From an uncultured Chryseobacterium sp. (GTDB taxonomy: Bacteria; Bacteroidota; Bacteroidia; Palsa-965): DNA of 64,000 nt. Both the position numbers and the translations under genes were made by a program. The DNA is taken from contig CBIHOC010000010.1 of assembly GCA_966211705.1 (NCBI GenBank), positions 8,339 to 72,338 on the forward strand, read 5' to 3'. The notes beneath the pieces were generated by a model. That model saw only the letters and a program-made list of their open reading frames with translations. It did not search any database and had not been told where the DNA came from. Shown here one piece after another: positions 9,589 to 20,044 of the stretch (position 1 is its first letter; each line of letters starts with the position of its first letter).

Positions 9589-11151
9589 CTATGGCGTCCT
9601 GTTCTCCTTCGCCAGCTCGCGGCGTATGCCTTTCACAAGGTCGATGCCGCCGATCTCCGAAAGTCCTTTCACCGTGGCTTCCACGCAACAGTATTTCAAA
9701 ATGTTGCTCACATTGGCGCCGGTCAATTCGTACTTCGATAATTTGTCGAACGAGATGTTTTCCGCATAGCTGAACCCTTCGGGCAACGCCTGTTTCCACA
9801 GCAGCATGCGCTCTTCTTTTGCCGGGCGCGGGAAATAGATCATGGCCTGGAAGCGGCGCGTCATGGCGGGATCGAGGTTGTGCTTCAGGTTGGTGGCGAG
9901 GATGGTGAGGCCGGGATAATCTTCCATCTTTTGCAGCAAATACGCCACCTCGAGGTTGGCCCATTTGTCGTTGGAGGAATTGACCTCGGTGCGCTTGGTG
10001 AACAGCGCGTCGGCTTCGTCGAAGAAGAGAATGCAGTCTTTGTTCTCGGAACGGTCGAACAGGAGCGCGAGGTTTTTTTCCGTTTCGCCGATGTATTTGG
10101 AGACAACCATGGACAGGTCGATGCGGAAGACGTCTTTCCCGAACGTTTTTCCCATCAGCGTCGCGGTCAACGTTTTTCCCGTTCCCGGAGGGCCGAAGAA
10201 GAGGCAGGGAAAACCACGTTTGATCTTTCTCCGCGTGTTGAGCGTTTTCGATGTGGCCACCCAGTTCATCACTTCCTGCACTTCCTGCCGTGTGTGCTTG
10301 TTCAGCACGAGGTCGTCCCACTCGAGATCGGTGCGGGCGAGCGTTGCGGGGAACGCGCGGCCGAAATCGGGACGGGGCTTTTCGCTGCACAATAAATACT
10401 GCACATATTCCGGGGCGAGCGCCACGACATGGTTTCGCTCGTTGGTTTCATCGTCGGTGTGGCTGACGGCGCGGAACCCGAGCACCTGCTCGCGCACGAG
10501 CACGCTCTGTTTCAGCGAAAGCTGGTAGAACACCATGTTCGTGATGTCTTCGCCGGCGAGCATGTACAGCGCGGTCTGCAGCGTGGGCACGAAGCTGGTG
10601 AACGTGGCGTCGAAATAGCCGCCCATTTCAGGATATTCCACTTTATACACCCGGCTATCGCTGCGCAGGCGTTTTGTAAAAACTTCGGGACTTACATGCG
10701 GCAGCAAACCGCAGAGCAGCAGCAAACGTTCGGCAGGCGAAAGCGCGAAGCGGTTGACAAGGTCGGCGTACGCGGATTTTTTTCCTTCGAGGTCCGGAAG
10801 CTGCAGCGTGGAAAAGAACGTCACCTCGCCGGCTTCACCTTTCAGCCGCTTCAGGCGGTTGTCAAGCAATGCCTGGAACCATTCCATCTCCTCGATAATG
10901 ATCTTCGAATTTTCAGAAACGACGCCGGCATCGAGAAGATGTTTCCGTTCGCGTTCATAACCGTTGAGCTTCACTTTTTCCTGTTCGTATTCCATAGTTC
11001 GTCGCGTTACACTTTTCAGCACGATAAAGATGGCGAACGAAAGAGGCAATCGCCCCGGACAGTTTGGTGCCAAAAAATTTGTTAAAACGGGGTATGTGCA
11101 ACTAGTCAACCTGCTGATTACCAATAGCAAAGTCCGGACAGTAAAATGCAA
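9589..11151 (-). CDS. eCIS-associated AAA+ ATPase (Afp15/Pvc15-like).
   Basis: Walker A GPPGTGKT, Walker B ILFFDEAD, and sensor/arginine finger segments. Paralog of 48574-49923. Sits at the edge of the eCIS structural operon. Confidence 0.8.
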   Translation of the reverse strand: MHFTVRTLLLVISRLTSCTYPVLTNFLAPNCPGRLPLSFAIFIVLKSVTRRTMEYEQEKVKLNGYERERKHLLDAGVVSENSKIIIEEMEWFQALLDNRLKRLKGEAGEVTFFSTLQLPDLEGKKSAYADLVNRFALSPAERLLLLCGLLPHVSPEVFTKRLRSDSRVYKVEYPEMGGYFDATFTSFVPTLQTALYMLAGEDITNMVFYQLSLKQSVLVREQVLGFRAVSHTDDETNERNHVVALAPEYVQYLLCSEKPRPDFGRAFPATLARTDLEWDDLVLNKHTRQEVQEVMNWVATSKTLNTRRKIKRGFPCLFFGPPGTGKTLTATLMGKTFGKDVFRIDLSMVVSKYIGETEKNLALLFDRSENKDCILFFDEADALFTKRTEVNSSNDKWANLEVAYLLQKMEDYPGLTILATNLKHNLDPAMTRRFQAMIYFPRPAKEERMLLWKQALPEGFSYAENISFDKLSKYELTGANVSNILKYCCVEATVKGLSEIGGIDLVKGIRRELAKENRTP

Positions 11152-11528
11152 AATCCGGGGAACGCGGTTATGCTATAGAACAACGAAAATGAGCTCGTTT
11201 TTTTTCACAGATTTTCACTTATTTCTCCCGGAATCCTTGTCAATAAAGGATTTCGTGAACGCGAGGTTTCATCGCAGGAAGAGAAAAACACAAAAAAAAG
11301 TGATCTGGAATTTTGACAAAAAAGTCGTTTTTCAGCGAAAAAAAGAAAGTGCCGTCCGGGATATTTATTTAATAATCAGCAGTTTGTGATTTTTCCGGGT
11401 GTGCATTCTGCACCGGTTTCGGAGGCAAAGTGTCCTTTTTCCCGGCTTTAAAATATCGTCTCTTTATCACCGAAGTTTCAGGATAAAGTTTTCCCGCAGT
11501 GCAATGAAAAATTAAGATCAGCTAACCC
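11152..11528. promoter_or_regulatory. Divergent AT-rich intergenic region between the ATPase/toxin operon and the eCIS structural operon. Probable bidirectional promoter region.
   Basis: 377-bp noncoding gap with poly-A/T tracts between divergent gene starts. No specific promoter motif confidently identified. Confidence 0.3.
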
Positions 11529-13355
11529 ATGGCCGTCCTACCCAGGAATATTCTCAAAACGTTTTTCCAGAAAAACGATATACCGACCGAATCGCAATTT
11601 GGTTCGTTGATCGATTCGGCGCTTAGCCTGACTGAAGATAGAAAACTTCTCGGGCTGAAAAAATACGATCCTTCTGTTACGTATGCTGTCGGCGACTCGG
11701 CCGTGAAAGACGGGCTTATTTACGAAGCCATCGCGGTGACCACAGGACCATTCGACAGCACAAAATGGCAGAAGCTCACGTTCGGCCCTGTCAACTACGT
11801 CGGTACATGGGACGCGACGGCAAACACCCCCACGCTGGTCAGCTCAACCGGCAACAAAGGCGATTATTATGTCGTGAGTACCGCCGGCACCACCAACCTT
11901 GACGGGATCAATGACTGGCAGGTGCGCGACTGGGTCGTGTTCAACGGATCGGTCTGGCAAAAGGTCGATAACTCGGAAGGCCAGGTACCGGCTTCGCTCG
12001 TTACGTACGACAATTCGGTAAGCGGCATGCTGGCGGTTGACGTACAGGATGCGATCGATGAGCTCGACGTGCGTCTCGATACCGTGGAAACGGACATCGG
12101 CACGCTGCAGTCCGGGAAGGAGCCCGCGAACGTGAATATCCAGGGGCACATTGCTACAGTCGGTAACCCGCACGGAACAACGAAGACCGATCTCGGCCTC
12201 GGCAATGTCGACAACACCTCCGATGCCGCAAAGCCTGTGAGCACAGCACAGCAGGCCGCGCTCGATCTCAAGACCGATCTTACTTCATTCAATGCGCACA
12301 CCGGCGATACCGCCAACCCGCACGCGGTTACAAAAGCGCAGGTCGGACTCGGCAACGCCGACAACACATCGGATGCGAACAAGCCGGTGAGCACTGCGCA
12401 GCAGGCTGCGCTCGACCTGAAGACAGACCTCACTGCGTTCAACGTGCATACCGGCGATACGGCCAACCCGCACGCCGTCACCAAAGCGCAGGTCGGGCTT
12501 GTAAACGCCGACAACACATCGGATGCCGATAAACCGGTGAGCACCGCGCAGCAGTCGGCGCTCAACCTGAAAACTGATCTTACCACTTTCAACGCGCATA
12601 CCGGCAATACTTCCAACCCGCACGCCGTCACCAAAGCACAGGTCGGGCTGGGCAACGCCGACAATACTTCGGACGCCGACAAACCGGTGAGCACCGCGCA
12701 GCAGTCGGCGCTCGACCTGAAAACAGATCTGACCTCGTTCACAGCGCACACGGGAAACACATCGAACCCGCACGCGGTCACGAAGGCGCAGGTCGGTCTC
12801 GGCAATGCGGACAACACATCCGATGCGAACAAGCCCGTGAGCACTGCGCAGCAGGCTGCGCTCGACCTGAAAACGGACCTCACGGCATTCACCGCGCACA
12901 CAGGGAATACGTCAAACCCTCACGCTGTTACCAAAACGCAGGTCGGCCTCGGCAACGTGACCGACGATCAGCAGCAGTCGCATAAATTTTATTTTTTCGA
13001 TTCTCCTTCCGAAGCGACGTTGTTCGTCAATACCACCACCGGGTTTATCCCCACGATCACGATGGGCTTTACGCCTGCGGTGGCCGGCGACTATCTCGTG
13101 GAGTGGTATTACGAGATCGGCTCCGATTCCGGGAATGGTAATGTTGAGGGCCAGGTAACGCTCGACAGCACAGAGATCGGCCTTCACTCCGAAAAAATCG
13201 ACATCGCGGACACGTTGATCTCCGTGTCCGGTTTTAAAAAAGAAACCCTGACAGCTGCCGCGCATACGCTTGACGTAAAGTTCAGGAAGATCTCAGGCGC
13301 AGCAGGCGTAGAGATCTGGCTCAAGCGGCCGCGTGTCAAAATCACTAAAGTATAA
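11529..13355 (+). CDS. eCIS tail fiber protein (Afp13-like) with 6-7 tandem 40-aa phage-tail-fibre repeats.
   Basis: Repeats of NTSDAxKPVSTAQQxALDLKTDLTxFxAHTGxTxNPHAVTKAQVGLGNAD, which resemble the Pfam Phage_fiber_2 repeat. First gene of the structural operon. Confidence 0.7.
   Translation: MAVLPRNILKTFFQKNDIPTESQFGSLIDSALSLTEDRKLLGLKKYDPSVTYAVGDSAVKDGLIYEAIAVTTGPFDSTKWQKLTFGPVNYVGTWDATANTPTLVSSTGNKGDYYVVSTAGTTNLDGINDWQVRDWVVFNGSVWQKVDNSEGQVPASLVTYDNSVSGMLAVDVQDAIDELDVRLDTVETDIGTLQSGKEPANVNIQGHIATVGNPHGTTKTDLGLGNVDNTSDAAKPVSTAQQAALDLKTDLTSFNAHTGDTANPHAVTKAQVGLGNADNTSDANKPVSTAQQAALDLKTDLTAFNVHTGDTANPHAVTKAQVGLVNADNTSDADKPVSTAQQSALNLKTDLTTFNAHTGNTSNPHAVTKAQVGLGNADNTSDADKPVSTAQQSALDLKTDLTSFTAHTGNTSNPHAVTKAQVGLGNADNTSDANKPVSTAQQAALDLKTDLTAFTAHTGNTSNPHAVTKTQVGLGNVTDDQQQSHKFYFFDSPSEATLFVNTTTGFIPTITMGFTPAVAGDYLVEWYYEIGSDSGNGNVEGQVTLDSTEIGLHSEKIDIADTLISVSGFKKETLTAAAHTLDVKFRKISGAAGVEIWLKRPRVKITKV
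12190..12960 (+). repeat. About 120-bp tandem repeats, about 6.4 copies, inside the tail-fiber CDS.
   Basis: Recurrent ...gcgcaggtcgg(a/t)ctcggcaa(c/t)gc(c/g)gacaacac(a/t)tc(g/c)ga(t/c)gc... units encoding the 40-aa fibre repeat. Confidence 0.7.
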
Positions 13356-13358
13356 GGT

Positions 13359-14073
13359 CATGAAACTCGGTCAATATAACAACTGGAACCCAGCCAACAA
13401 TTCGTTCACGGGCACGCCCAAGGACCCGCATATCGTTGCCGATCCGCTGCCTGCCGATTACACGGATATTTCCTCCATCGCGAACTGGGCATTGTACGGC
13501 CCGACCATCATCGGCTCTGTTGCCGGCTTCAAAGACTGGAAATGCCTCCAGCGCGAGATCCGCACGCTCGCCGATGCTGTCGTAAATAACGATTACGATA
13601 CGAACTGGAACAACCTGTCTGTCGCTGAAAAAGTAATCGTTTGCAGTTACCTGCTCAGCCGCGTGCCGCCTGCAAAGTTTGCAGAAACCATCCCGGACGC
13701 CAATCAGCGCATACAGATCTCCATTGATTTCGATCTCAATAATCGCCGTGCGCGCGGCAACTGGCAGACCGGCAGCGGCAGGATCCAGGTGATGCGGGTT
13801 TACCTCTTCGGCAAGATCGGCAAAACGAACGGGTTGACGGTATTGAGCGACGTTGTTCGTGATGGCTTGCTGGAATTGTATGAAGGAGGTATTGAAGGAA
13901 CCGCAGAAGACGGCATACCCGGTCTGAACGATTTTCTCCTCAGCCGGACCGGTACGCCCTATGAAACCACCGGCCTGTCGAGCAGGAACTATGATGTCAT
14001 TGACGGAAGCCCCGACACGTTGGGTGACGTCGCGAACGCATTGGTGGGCATCGCAAGCAACGGAACGTATTAA
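13359..14073 (+). CDS. Hypothetical eCIS-associated protein, 238 aa. Possibly a fiber-associated or assembly protein.
   Basis: ORF directly after the fiber stop. No motif recognised. Confidence 0.45.
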
Positions 14074-14103
14074 GCAGGATTGATTTTTTAAGAGAAGCAA
14101 GTT

Positions 14104-14703
14104 ATGATCGATAAGGCGCTTGACTTTTTAACGACGGAGATCGAAGATTATCTCACCCTGCAGTTCGGCCCCGCGAGCGGAAGCTGGACAGTGCTTTCGA
14201 ACGTGGCGACCGAAACCGGCAACTGGGCCATCCCCAATGACACCGTAGGCGTTTCGCTCATTAATATCGAGGAAGAACGCGTGCTGAAAGAACAGCAGAG
14301 CGCATTCCGGGATGAGTCGGGAAACATCCAGCATTACAATCCCGAGCTCAAGCTGAACCTCTACGTGTTGATCACCGCGCGCTTCGTGAGCAGCGACGGC
14401 ACCGGCGGAGGCCTGCAATACAAGGAAGGACTGAACCGCCTGTCGCACGTGATCTCCTTGTTCCAGGGAAAGAATGTTTTTACGGTGGATAACTCTCCAG
14501 GTCTTGACAAAAACATCAAGAGGCTGGTGATCGAGCTCTACTCCTACAGCTTCGAGCAGCAATATAATTTCTGGACCGTGATCGGCGCAAAATACCTGCC
14601 GTCGGTGCTGTACAGGGTGAGGCTGGTCACTTTCCAGGAGAAAAAAGCGCTCGACCAGCAGGTGCCGATCGTAACCGTTGAATCTGAAATCGTCGGAGGA
14701 TAA
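14104..14703 (+). CDS. Putative eCIS tail terminator/cap (Afp16/Pvc16-like, DUF4255-type), 199 aa.
   Basis: Size and position immediately upstream of the sheath/tube block. Assignment rests on position and size rather than a recognised motif. Confidence 0.4.
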   Translation: MIDKALDFLTTEIEDYLTLQFGPASGSWTVLSNVATETGNWAIPNDTVGVSLINIEEERVLKEQQSAFRDESGNIQHYNPELKLNLYVLITARFVSSDGTGGGLQYKEGLNRLSHVISLFQGKNVFTVDNSPGLDKNIKRLVIELYSYSFEQQYNFWTVIGAKYLPSVLYRVRLVTFQEKKALDQQVPIVTVESEIVGG

Positions 14704-14706
14704 GCA

Positions 14707-15801
14707 ATGGGAGTTGTAGCCTATAAAAAGTTTTTCAACGTCGACGTGAAGCATGACTTTAACAAAAGCGGCTTTACGAAAGACATTACGATCACGCCGA
14801 CGATGGAGACGGAGCTGAAGATGCGGAATTCAAAGATGATGCTCCGGCCCACACCCTCCGGAGTGCGGATGTTCTATCGTGCAGTGGGAAGCGGGATCGC
14901 CGACACCGATTCATTTGTGCCGATCGACAATACCGTTTTCACGTTCGCACTTCAGTTGAGCAACAAAGCAGAATTCCTCAATGTAACGGACCTCAATGAA
15001 ACTCTGGGAAAAGAATATCAGCAGGGAAACATTGTTCGCTTCTGGAATGACCCGGCTACCACGCTCGGCCTGGAGTACGAGATCATCGACTTGCTCCGCC
15101 CGGCGGCCTTTGTTTTCAATTTCACATTGGCAAATACTGCAGTGGGAAACGTGCAGGTTGAAGTACTGGATGCCGGCGGCGGCCCTGTGATCCCTATCAG
15201 CGATCCCCTCACAGCTGTGAATGGCGTATACAGCTACAAGATCGACCTTTCCGAAGAGCCCAAAGGCAAATACCAGCTCGTGGTAACCGATGACGGCGAC
15301 AGCAATAATGATAAAACCGTATTGGCATATATCGACGGCGACCTTTCCGATAAGGACATATTCGGCATCCTGGAGATCGATTATCCGTCCACCGTCACGC
15401 TTGCTGATTTTGTCGCGCTCGGGAATTTCAGGATGGAGCTCAAGCGGCGCCTGTCGAAATGGAAGTATTTCATCATCAATAAGACGGAAAGAATTACTCC
15501 TTTCGACGACACTACTGCATTTACGATAGAACAACTGACCCCGTATGAAAACCTGCCGGTGTATACCGGTTCTCCATACCTGTTTGGGCCTGCAGTGGTA
15601 GAGGAACAGCCCATAAACGGCATGGACGCTGTTTCAATCGTATCCGTGGCTGCTATTCCTTTTTTTGAAGAATCTATCGCAAGATTAAAACTGAGCGTCA
15701 ATGCCTCTACCCTTATCACGAACCTCCCGAACCCAACGCGCTATACGGTAAGCTCCGATCCAACGGATTATTCGATTACGCACATCTACGTTTACGTCTG
15801 A
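14707..15801 (+). CDS. Hypothetical eCIS structural protein, 364 aa.
   Basis: ORF packed tightly within the structural operon, with a 4-bp gap to the previous gene. Confidence 0.5.
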   Translation: MGVVAYKKFFNVDVKHDFNKSGFTKDITITPTMETELKMRNSKMMLRPTPSGVRMFYRAVGSGIADTDSFVPIDNTVFTFALQLSNKAEFLNVTDLNETLGKEYQQGNIVRFWNDPATTLGLEYEIIDLLRPAAFVFNFTLANTAVGNVQVEVLDAGGGPVIPISDPLTAVNGVYSYKIDLSEEPKGKYQLVVTDDGDSNNDKTVLAYIDGDLSDKDIFGILEIDYPSTVTLADFVALGNFRMELKRRLSKWKYFIINKTERITPFDDTTAFTIEQLTPYENLPVYTGSPYLFGPAVVEEQPINGMDAVSIVSVAAIPFFEESIARLKLSVNASTLITNLPNPTRYTVSSDPTDYSITHIYVYV

Positions 15802-15842
15802 ACTCAAAATAAAAATCAACAAACCATAAAAACAACTAACAA

Positions 15843-17591
15843 ATGGCAGTCAATCCACTTTCACCCGGTGTGTATATCGACGAGATCCCGGTACTCCCGG
15901 CTTCCGTCGCACCGGTAGCAACAGCGATACCGGCGTTTATCGGGTATACGGAAACTGGCCCTCCGCTGGTCGCAACACGAATTACGTCGATGCTTGAATA
16001 TGAGCAGATTTTTGGCTTTGCATTCGTTACAGATTATGAAGTAGACATCAGCGATGCAGATGTAACCATCGATAATACGGCGACTGTACTTTCAGAATAC
16101 ACGCTCTATTATAACTTGCGGATGTATTTTGCCAATGGTGGAGGTCCTTGCTACATTGTTTCAGTAGGAAATTACGCAACGAGCTCTCCTTTTGTTGATG
16201 CAAATGATTTGATCACCGGCATAGCAGCTACAGAAAAGGTCGATGAAATCACACTGCTGGTTACGCCTGAAGCGGTTTCGGTCGATGTAACCCAACCGCA
16301 GCGAAATCTGATCAACTCAACAATGCTTGACCTGTGCAACAAGCTCAAGGACCGGTTTTCGATCATCGACGTAATTACCGACACCAGCCAGACTATTTTC
16401 GCCGACGCTGCAGATTTCAGAAATTCTGAAACAGGGCTTAACAACCTGAAATATGGAGCAGCGTACTATCCTTCGCTCAGCACACTCCTGTCACGTCATT
16501 ATCTGGACTCAGCTGTTGTGATTGACGATGGCAGAAGTTCTCCTGTTTTTGTTTCTCCGAACGATAGTCTTTCTGACATCTTAAATGGTGTAGCGGCCGC
16601 AGGCACTATTACTATTACCGGTTCAGTTGCTGTAAATGATGAAGTTACGATCAATGGCGTAACACTTATCGGAAAAGATCCAGCAAACCCCTTGGATCCT
16701 GAAGAGTTTACGCTTCTTCCAACAAGTGGTCCTCCCTTTAACAGCGTTCAAACTGCAGAAAGTTTAAGGGACATTATCAATAATCATCCCGTTCTTAAGC
16801 TCATTGTTCAGGCTAGTGTTCTGACGCCTTCGGTCGTAACGGTAACAGCAAAAGTAGCTGGCATAAGCGGCAATTCATTCACATTTACGGCACCATTAGG
16901 CAACGCCGGCCTGACAATATCTACAACCAATACGGGATTCCTCGATGGAGGTATTGATCCTGACATGACATTATACAATAGTATTACAACTCTTCTCCAG
17001 GCAAATACGCTCACTCTTTACCCGTCATCAACAATGGCCGGTATTTACGCCAGCGTCGACCGCGACCGCGGTGTATGGAAAGCACCCGCAAACGTCAGCA
17101 TCAACGGTGTTGTTGCTCCCACACTTGCCATCAGCTCTGCCGACCAGGAAAACCTGAACATCGATGCGGGCTCGGGCAAATCCATCAACGCGATCCGCGC
17201 TTTCGCCGGAAAAGGGATTCTCGTATGGGGCGCCCGTACGCTTGCCGGCAATGACAATGAATGGCGCTACGTACCTGTACGCCGACTTTTCATCTTCGTC
17301 GAAGAGTCTATCCAGGAAGCCAGCGAATTCGTCGTATTCGAACCGAACGACAAGAACACCTGGACGCGGGTCAAATCACTCATCACCAATTTCCTCACCA
17401 ACCTTTGGAGAGACGGCGCTCTTGCCGGCGCAACGCCTGACGAAGCATTCTTTGTGAGAGTCGGTCTCGGGGAAACCATGACGGCGCAGGATATCCTCGA
17501 AGGCAAAATGATCATCCAGGTCGGTCTCGCTGCAGTCCGCCCCGCAGAATTCATCATCCTCCAATTCTCGCATAAGCTCCAGGAATCATAA
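15843..17591 (+). CDS. Contractile sheath protein, paralog 1 (Afp2-4/Pvc2-4-like).
   Basis: Conserved sheath C-terminal domain (KYGAAYYPSL...GILVWGARTLAGNDNEWRYVPVRRLFIFVEESI...AVRPAEFIILQF). N-terminus is near-identical to that of paralog 2. Confidence 0.85.
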   Translation: MAVNPLSPGVYIDEIPVLPASVAPVATAIPAFIGYTETGPPLVATRITSMLEYEQIFGFAFVTDYEVDISDADVTIDNTATVLSEYTLYYNLRMYFANGGGPCYIVSVGNYATSSPFVDANDLITGIAATEKVDEITLLVTPEAVSVDVTQPQRNLINSTMLDLCNKLKDRFSIIDVITDTSQTIFADAADFRNSETGLNNLKYGAAYYPSLSTLLSRHYLDSAVVIDDGRSSPVFVSPNDSLSDILNGVAAAGTITITGSVAVNDEVTINGVTLIGKDPANPLDPEEFTLLPTSGPPFNSVQTAESLRDIINNHPVLKLIVQASVLTPSVVTVTAKVAGISGNSFTFTAPLGNAGLTISTTNTGFLDGGIDPDMTLYNSITTLLQANTLTLYPSSTMAGIYASVDRDRGVWKAPANVSINGVVAPTLAISSADQENLNIDAGSGKSINAIRAFAGKGILVWGARTLAGNDNEWRYVPVRRLFIFVEESIQEASEFVVFEPNDKNTWTRVKSLITNFLTNLWRDGALAGATPDEAFFVRVGLGETMTAQDILEGKMIIQVGLAAVRPAEFIILQFSHKLQES

Positions 17592-17629
17592 TCCCTATCA
17601 ACTCAAACTAAACTTTTAAAAACCAAACT

Positions 17630-19015
17630 ATGGCTATCAACACATTTTCACCTGGCGTGTATGTCGAGGAAATCCCGACACTGCCGGCATCCGTTGCCCC
17701 GGTTGCTACCGCTATTCCGGCTTTCATCGGGTATACCGAGTTGGACCCGTTTGCTACAATTACCCCGACCCGAATCACTTCGCTTCCTGAATTCGTTTCG
17801 ATTTTTGGAGGTGCAATGGGTGAGGTTTTTACTGTAAACGTGACAGATAATACTATAAACAGTCAACTGGTCAGAACTATTGACGCATCACTTACCAACT
17901 CGACTCCTGCGTACAATCTTTATTATAGTCTTCAACTCTACTTTGCAAACGGCGGAGGTCCTTGCTGGATCGTATCGGTAGGAAACTTGACAACGCCAAC
18001 ACCTATCAGCAACACCACATTGAAAGATGGTCTTGATGCAATTGAAAAAATCGACGAACCCACATTGCTGTTGTTCCCTGATGCGGCTACGCTTGCGACA
18101 AACCTGTATGGCGACGTGGTCAAACATGCTCTTATCCAGTGCAACAAGCTCCAGGATCGATTCGTTATTTCTGATGTCCCCGGAAATACGCTCGGGTCTG
18201 TAGGATCATTCCGTACCGAGGTCGGGCTGAACTACCTGAAATATGCCGCTGCTTATATGCCCTTCTTGAACTCGATTCTCAATTTTACGATCGACGAAGT
18301 GGCAACGACACTCACAAGCAACAATGTCGGCCTGAATGGTCTTACACTGGCAACCCTTAACGACAGCACCCCGAGCCCTAATTATAATCCCAGTCTTTAC
18401 CGCCAGATCATTGCCAAAATCAACGAGATTACCGTCACACTTCCTCCTTCCGGAGCTATCGCCGGTATTTACGCCAGCGTAGACCGTGACCGCGGGGTGT
18501 GGAAGGCTCCTGCCAATGTGAGCGTCAACGCCATTTCCGGTCCGACCATCACGATCACTTCAGCCGAACAGGAAAATCTGAACGTCGATGCAAATACCGG
18601 CAAATCCATCAATGCTATCCGCCCGTTCACCGGAAAAGGAACGCTTGTATGGGGAGCCCGCACGCTTGCCGGTAACGACAACGAATGGCGTTATGTACCG
18701 GTACGCCGCCTCTTCATCATGGCAGAAGAATCCATCCGCAAAGCGACGGAGTTCGTGGTGTTTGAGCCGAACGACGCGAATACCTGGAAACTGGTGAAAG
18801 GACTGATCAACGGCTTCCTGAACAACCTGTACAGGGATGGCGCTCTTGCCGGTGCTACGCCTGACGAAGCATTCTTCGTGAAGGTCGGTCTCGGTGAAAC
18901 CATGACCGCACAGGATATCCTCGAAGGAAAAATGTACGTGCAGGTCGGCATGGCCGCTGTTCGTCCCGCTGAATTCATCATCCTCCAGTTCATGCATAAG
19001 CTCCAGGAATCCTGA
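17630..19015 (+). CDS. Contractile sheath protein, paralog 2.
   Basis: Same sheath signatures as 15843-17591 but 121 aa shorter (461 vs 582 aa). Confidence 0.85.
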   Translation: MAINTFSPGVYVEEIPTLPASVAPVATAIPAFIGYTELDPFATITPTRITSLPEFVSIFGGAMGEVFTVNVTDNTINSQLVRTIDASLTNSTPAYNLYYSLQLYFANGGGPCWIVSVGNLTTPTPISNTTLKDGLDAIEKIDEPTLLLFPDAATLATNLYGDVVKHALIQCNKLQDRFVISDVPGNTLGSVGSFRTEVGLNYLKYAAAYMPFLNSILNFTIDEVATTLTSNNVGLNGLTLATLNDSTPSPNYNPSLYRQIIAKINEITVTLPPSGAIAGIYASVDRDRGVWKAPANVSVNAISGPTITITSAEQENLNVDANTGKSINAIRPFTGKGTLVWGARTLAGNDNEWRYVPVRRLFIMAEESIRKATEFVVFEPNDANTWKLVKGLINGFLNNLYRDGALAGATPDEAFFVKVGLGETMTAQDILEGKMYVQVGMAAVRPAEFIILQFMHKLQES

Positions 19016-19078
19016 TCCGGGTCCAGCTCAAATTAATTAACCAACAACAAAACTCAATCATCTAAAACAACCCAAATT

Positions 19079-19510
19079 ATGGCAGCAAATTATCCTCAGA
19101 CCACTTTCCATTTTACTGTAGAATGGAACGGGGCACGTGTCGGTTTTACGGAAGTTACCGGCCTCAACATCGAAAACCAGGTCATCGAATACCGTGAGGG
19201 CGATGCAAAGAGCTACCAGGTCACAAAGATGCCGGGCATTCCCAAGTTCCCGAACATTACGCTGAAGCGCGGCGTGCTCAGCGGCGACAACGACTTCAAC
19301 ACCTGGATCACGACGGTGAAGATGAACAAGATCGAGCGCCGTACGCTCAAGATCAGCCTGCTCGACGAAGAGCACAACCCGGTGATGACCTGGCAGATCT
19401 TCGATTGCTGGCCGACCAAGATCACCTGGCCCGACATGAAATCGACCGGCAATGAAGTTGCCATCGAGACGCTGGAGCTTGTCAATGAAGGAATCCAGCT
19501 GCTGGTCTAA
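19079..19510 (+). CDS. Tail tube protein (Afp1/Pvc1-like, T4 gp19 fold).
   Basis: 143 aa. Has the tube signature YPxTTFHFTVEW...GFTEVTGL...EYREGD. Confidence 0.8.
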   Translation: MAANYPQTTFHFTVEWNGARVGFTEVTGLNIENQVIEYREGDAKSYQVTKMPGIPKFPNITLKRGVLSGDNDFNTWITTVKMNKIERRTLKISLLDEEHNPVMTWQIFDCWPTKITWPDMKSTGNEVAIETLELVNEGIQLLV

Positions 19511-19528
19511 TTGTAAACAAAGAGAGAA

Positions 19529-20032
19529 ATGGCAACGTATTATCCGCCGGTTGGGTTTCATTTCAGGGTAGAGTTCCAGGGATTCGCTTCCGGGAGCGAT
19601 CCCGATGTGCGCTTCCAGGAAGTTTCGGGGATCAATGTCAGCATTGAGACCGAAACTTTCCAGGAGGGTGGAGAAAACCGTTTCTCTCACCGTTTCCCCA
19701 AGCCGGTAACATTTCAGAACCTCACGTTAAAACGTGGAATGCTGGTGGGCTCGAAGCTCATCAAATGGTTCCAGGATGCGATCACGGGTTTTACATTCAA
19801 GCCGACGACAGTCAGGGTTTACCTGCTCAACGGCGATCATGAAACGCTTGAATCCTGGGATTTCATTAATGCTTACCCGGTAAAGTGGAGCATCGACCCG
19901 TTCAATGCACAGGATGGAAAAGTGCTTGTGGAAACGATCGAGCTCTGCTACCAGTACTATGAGCGGAAGGCGGAAGGCTCATTACCCTCGCCCGTTCCGG
20001 AACCGACTTTTAAGGACCCGAGTTTTGGCTAA
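19529..20032 (+). CDS. Tail tube protein paralog (Afp5/Pvc5-like).
   Basis: 167 aa. YPPVGFHFRVEF...FQEVSGI motif parallels the first tube gene. Confidence 0.8.
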   Translation: MATYYPPVGFHFRVEFQGFASGSDPDVRFQEVSGINVSIETETFQEGGENRFSHRFPKPVTFQNLTLKRGMLVGSKLIKWFQDAITGFTFKPTTVRVYLLNGDHETLESWDFINAYPVKWSIDPFNAQDGKVLVETIELCYQYYERKAEGSLPSPVPEPTFKDPSFG

Positions 20033-20044
20033 AAAATCTGAAAC

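Noticed and set aside
9551-10390. 279-aa ORF overlapping the ATPase gene in another frame.
   Set aside because: Arg/Pro-rich spurious frame. The ATPase frame has clear Walker motifs.
11867-12901. 344-aa and 204-aa antisense ORFs across the fiber repeat region.
   Set aside because: Generated by the repetitive GC-rich fibre repeats. Their Cys/Ala/Val/Arg-rich periodic translations mirror the repeat and are not genes.
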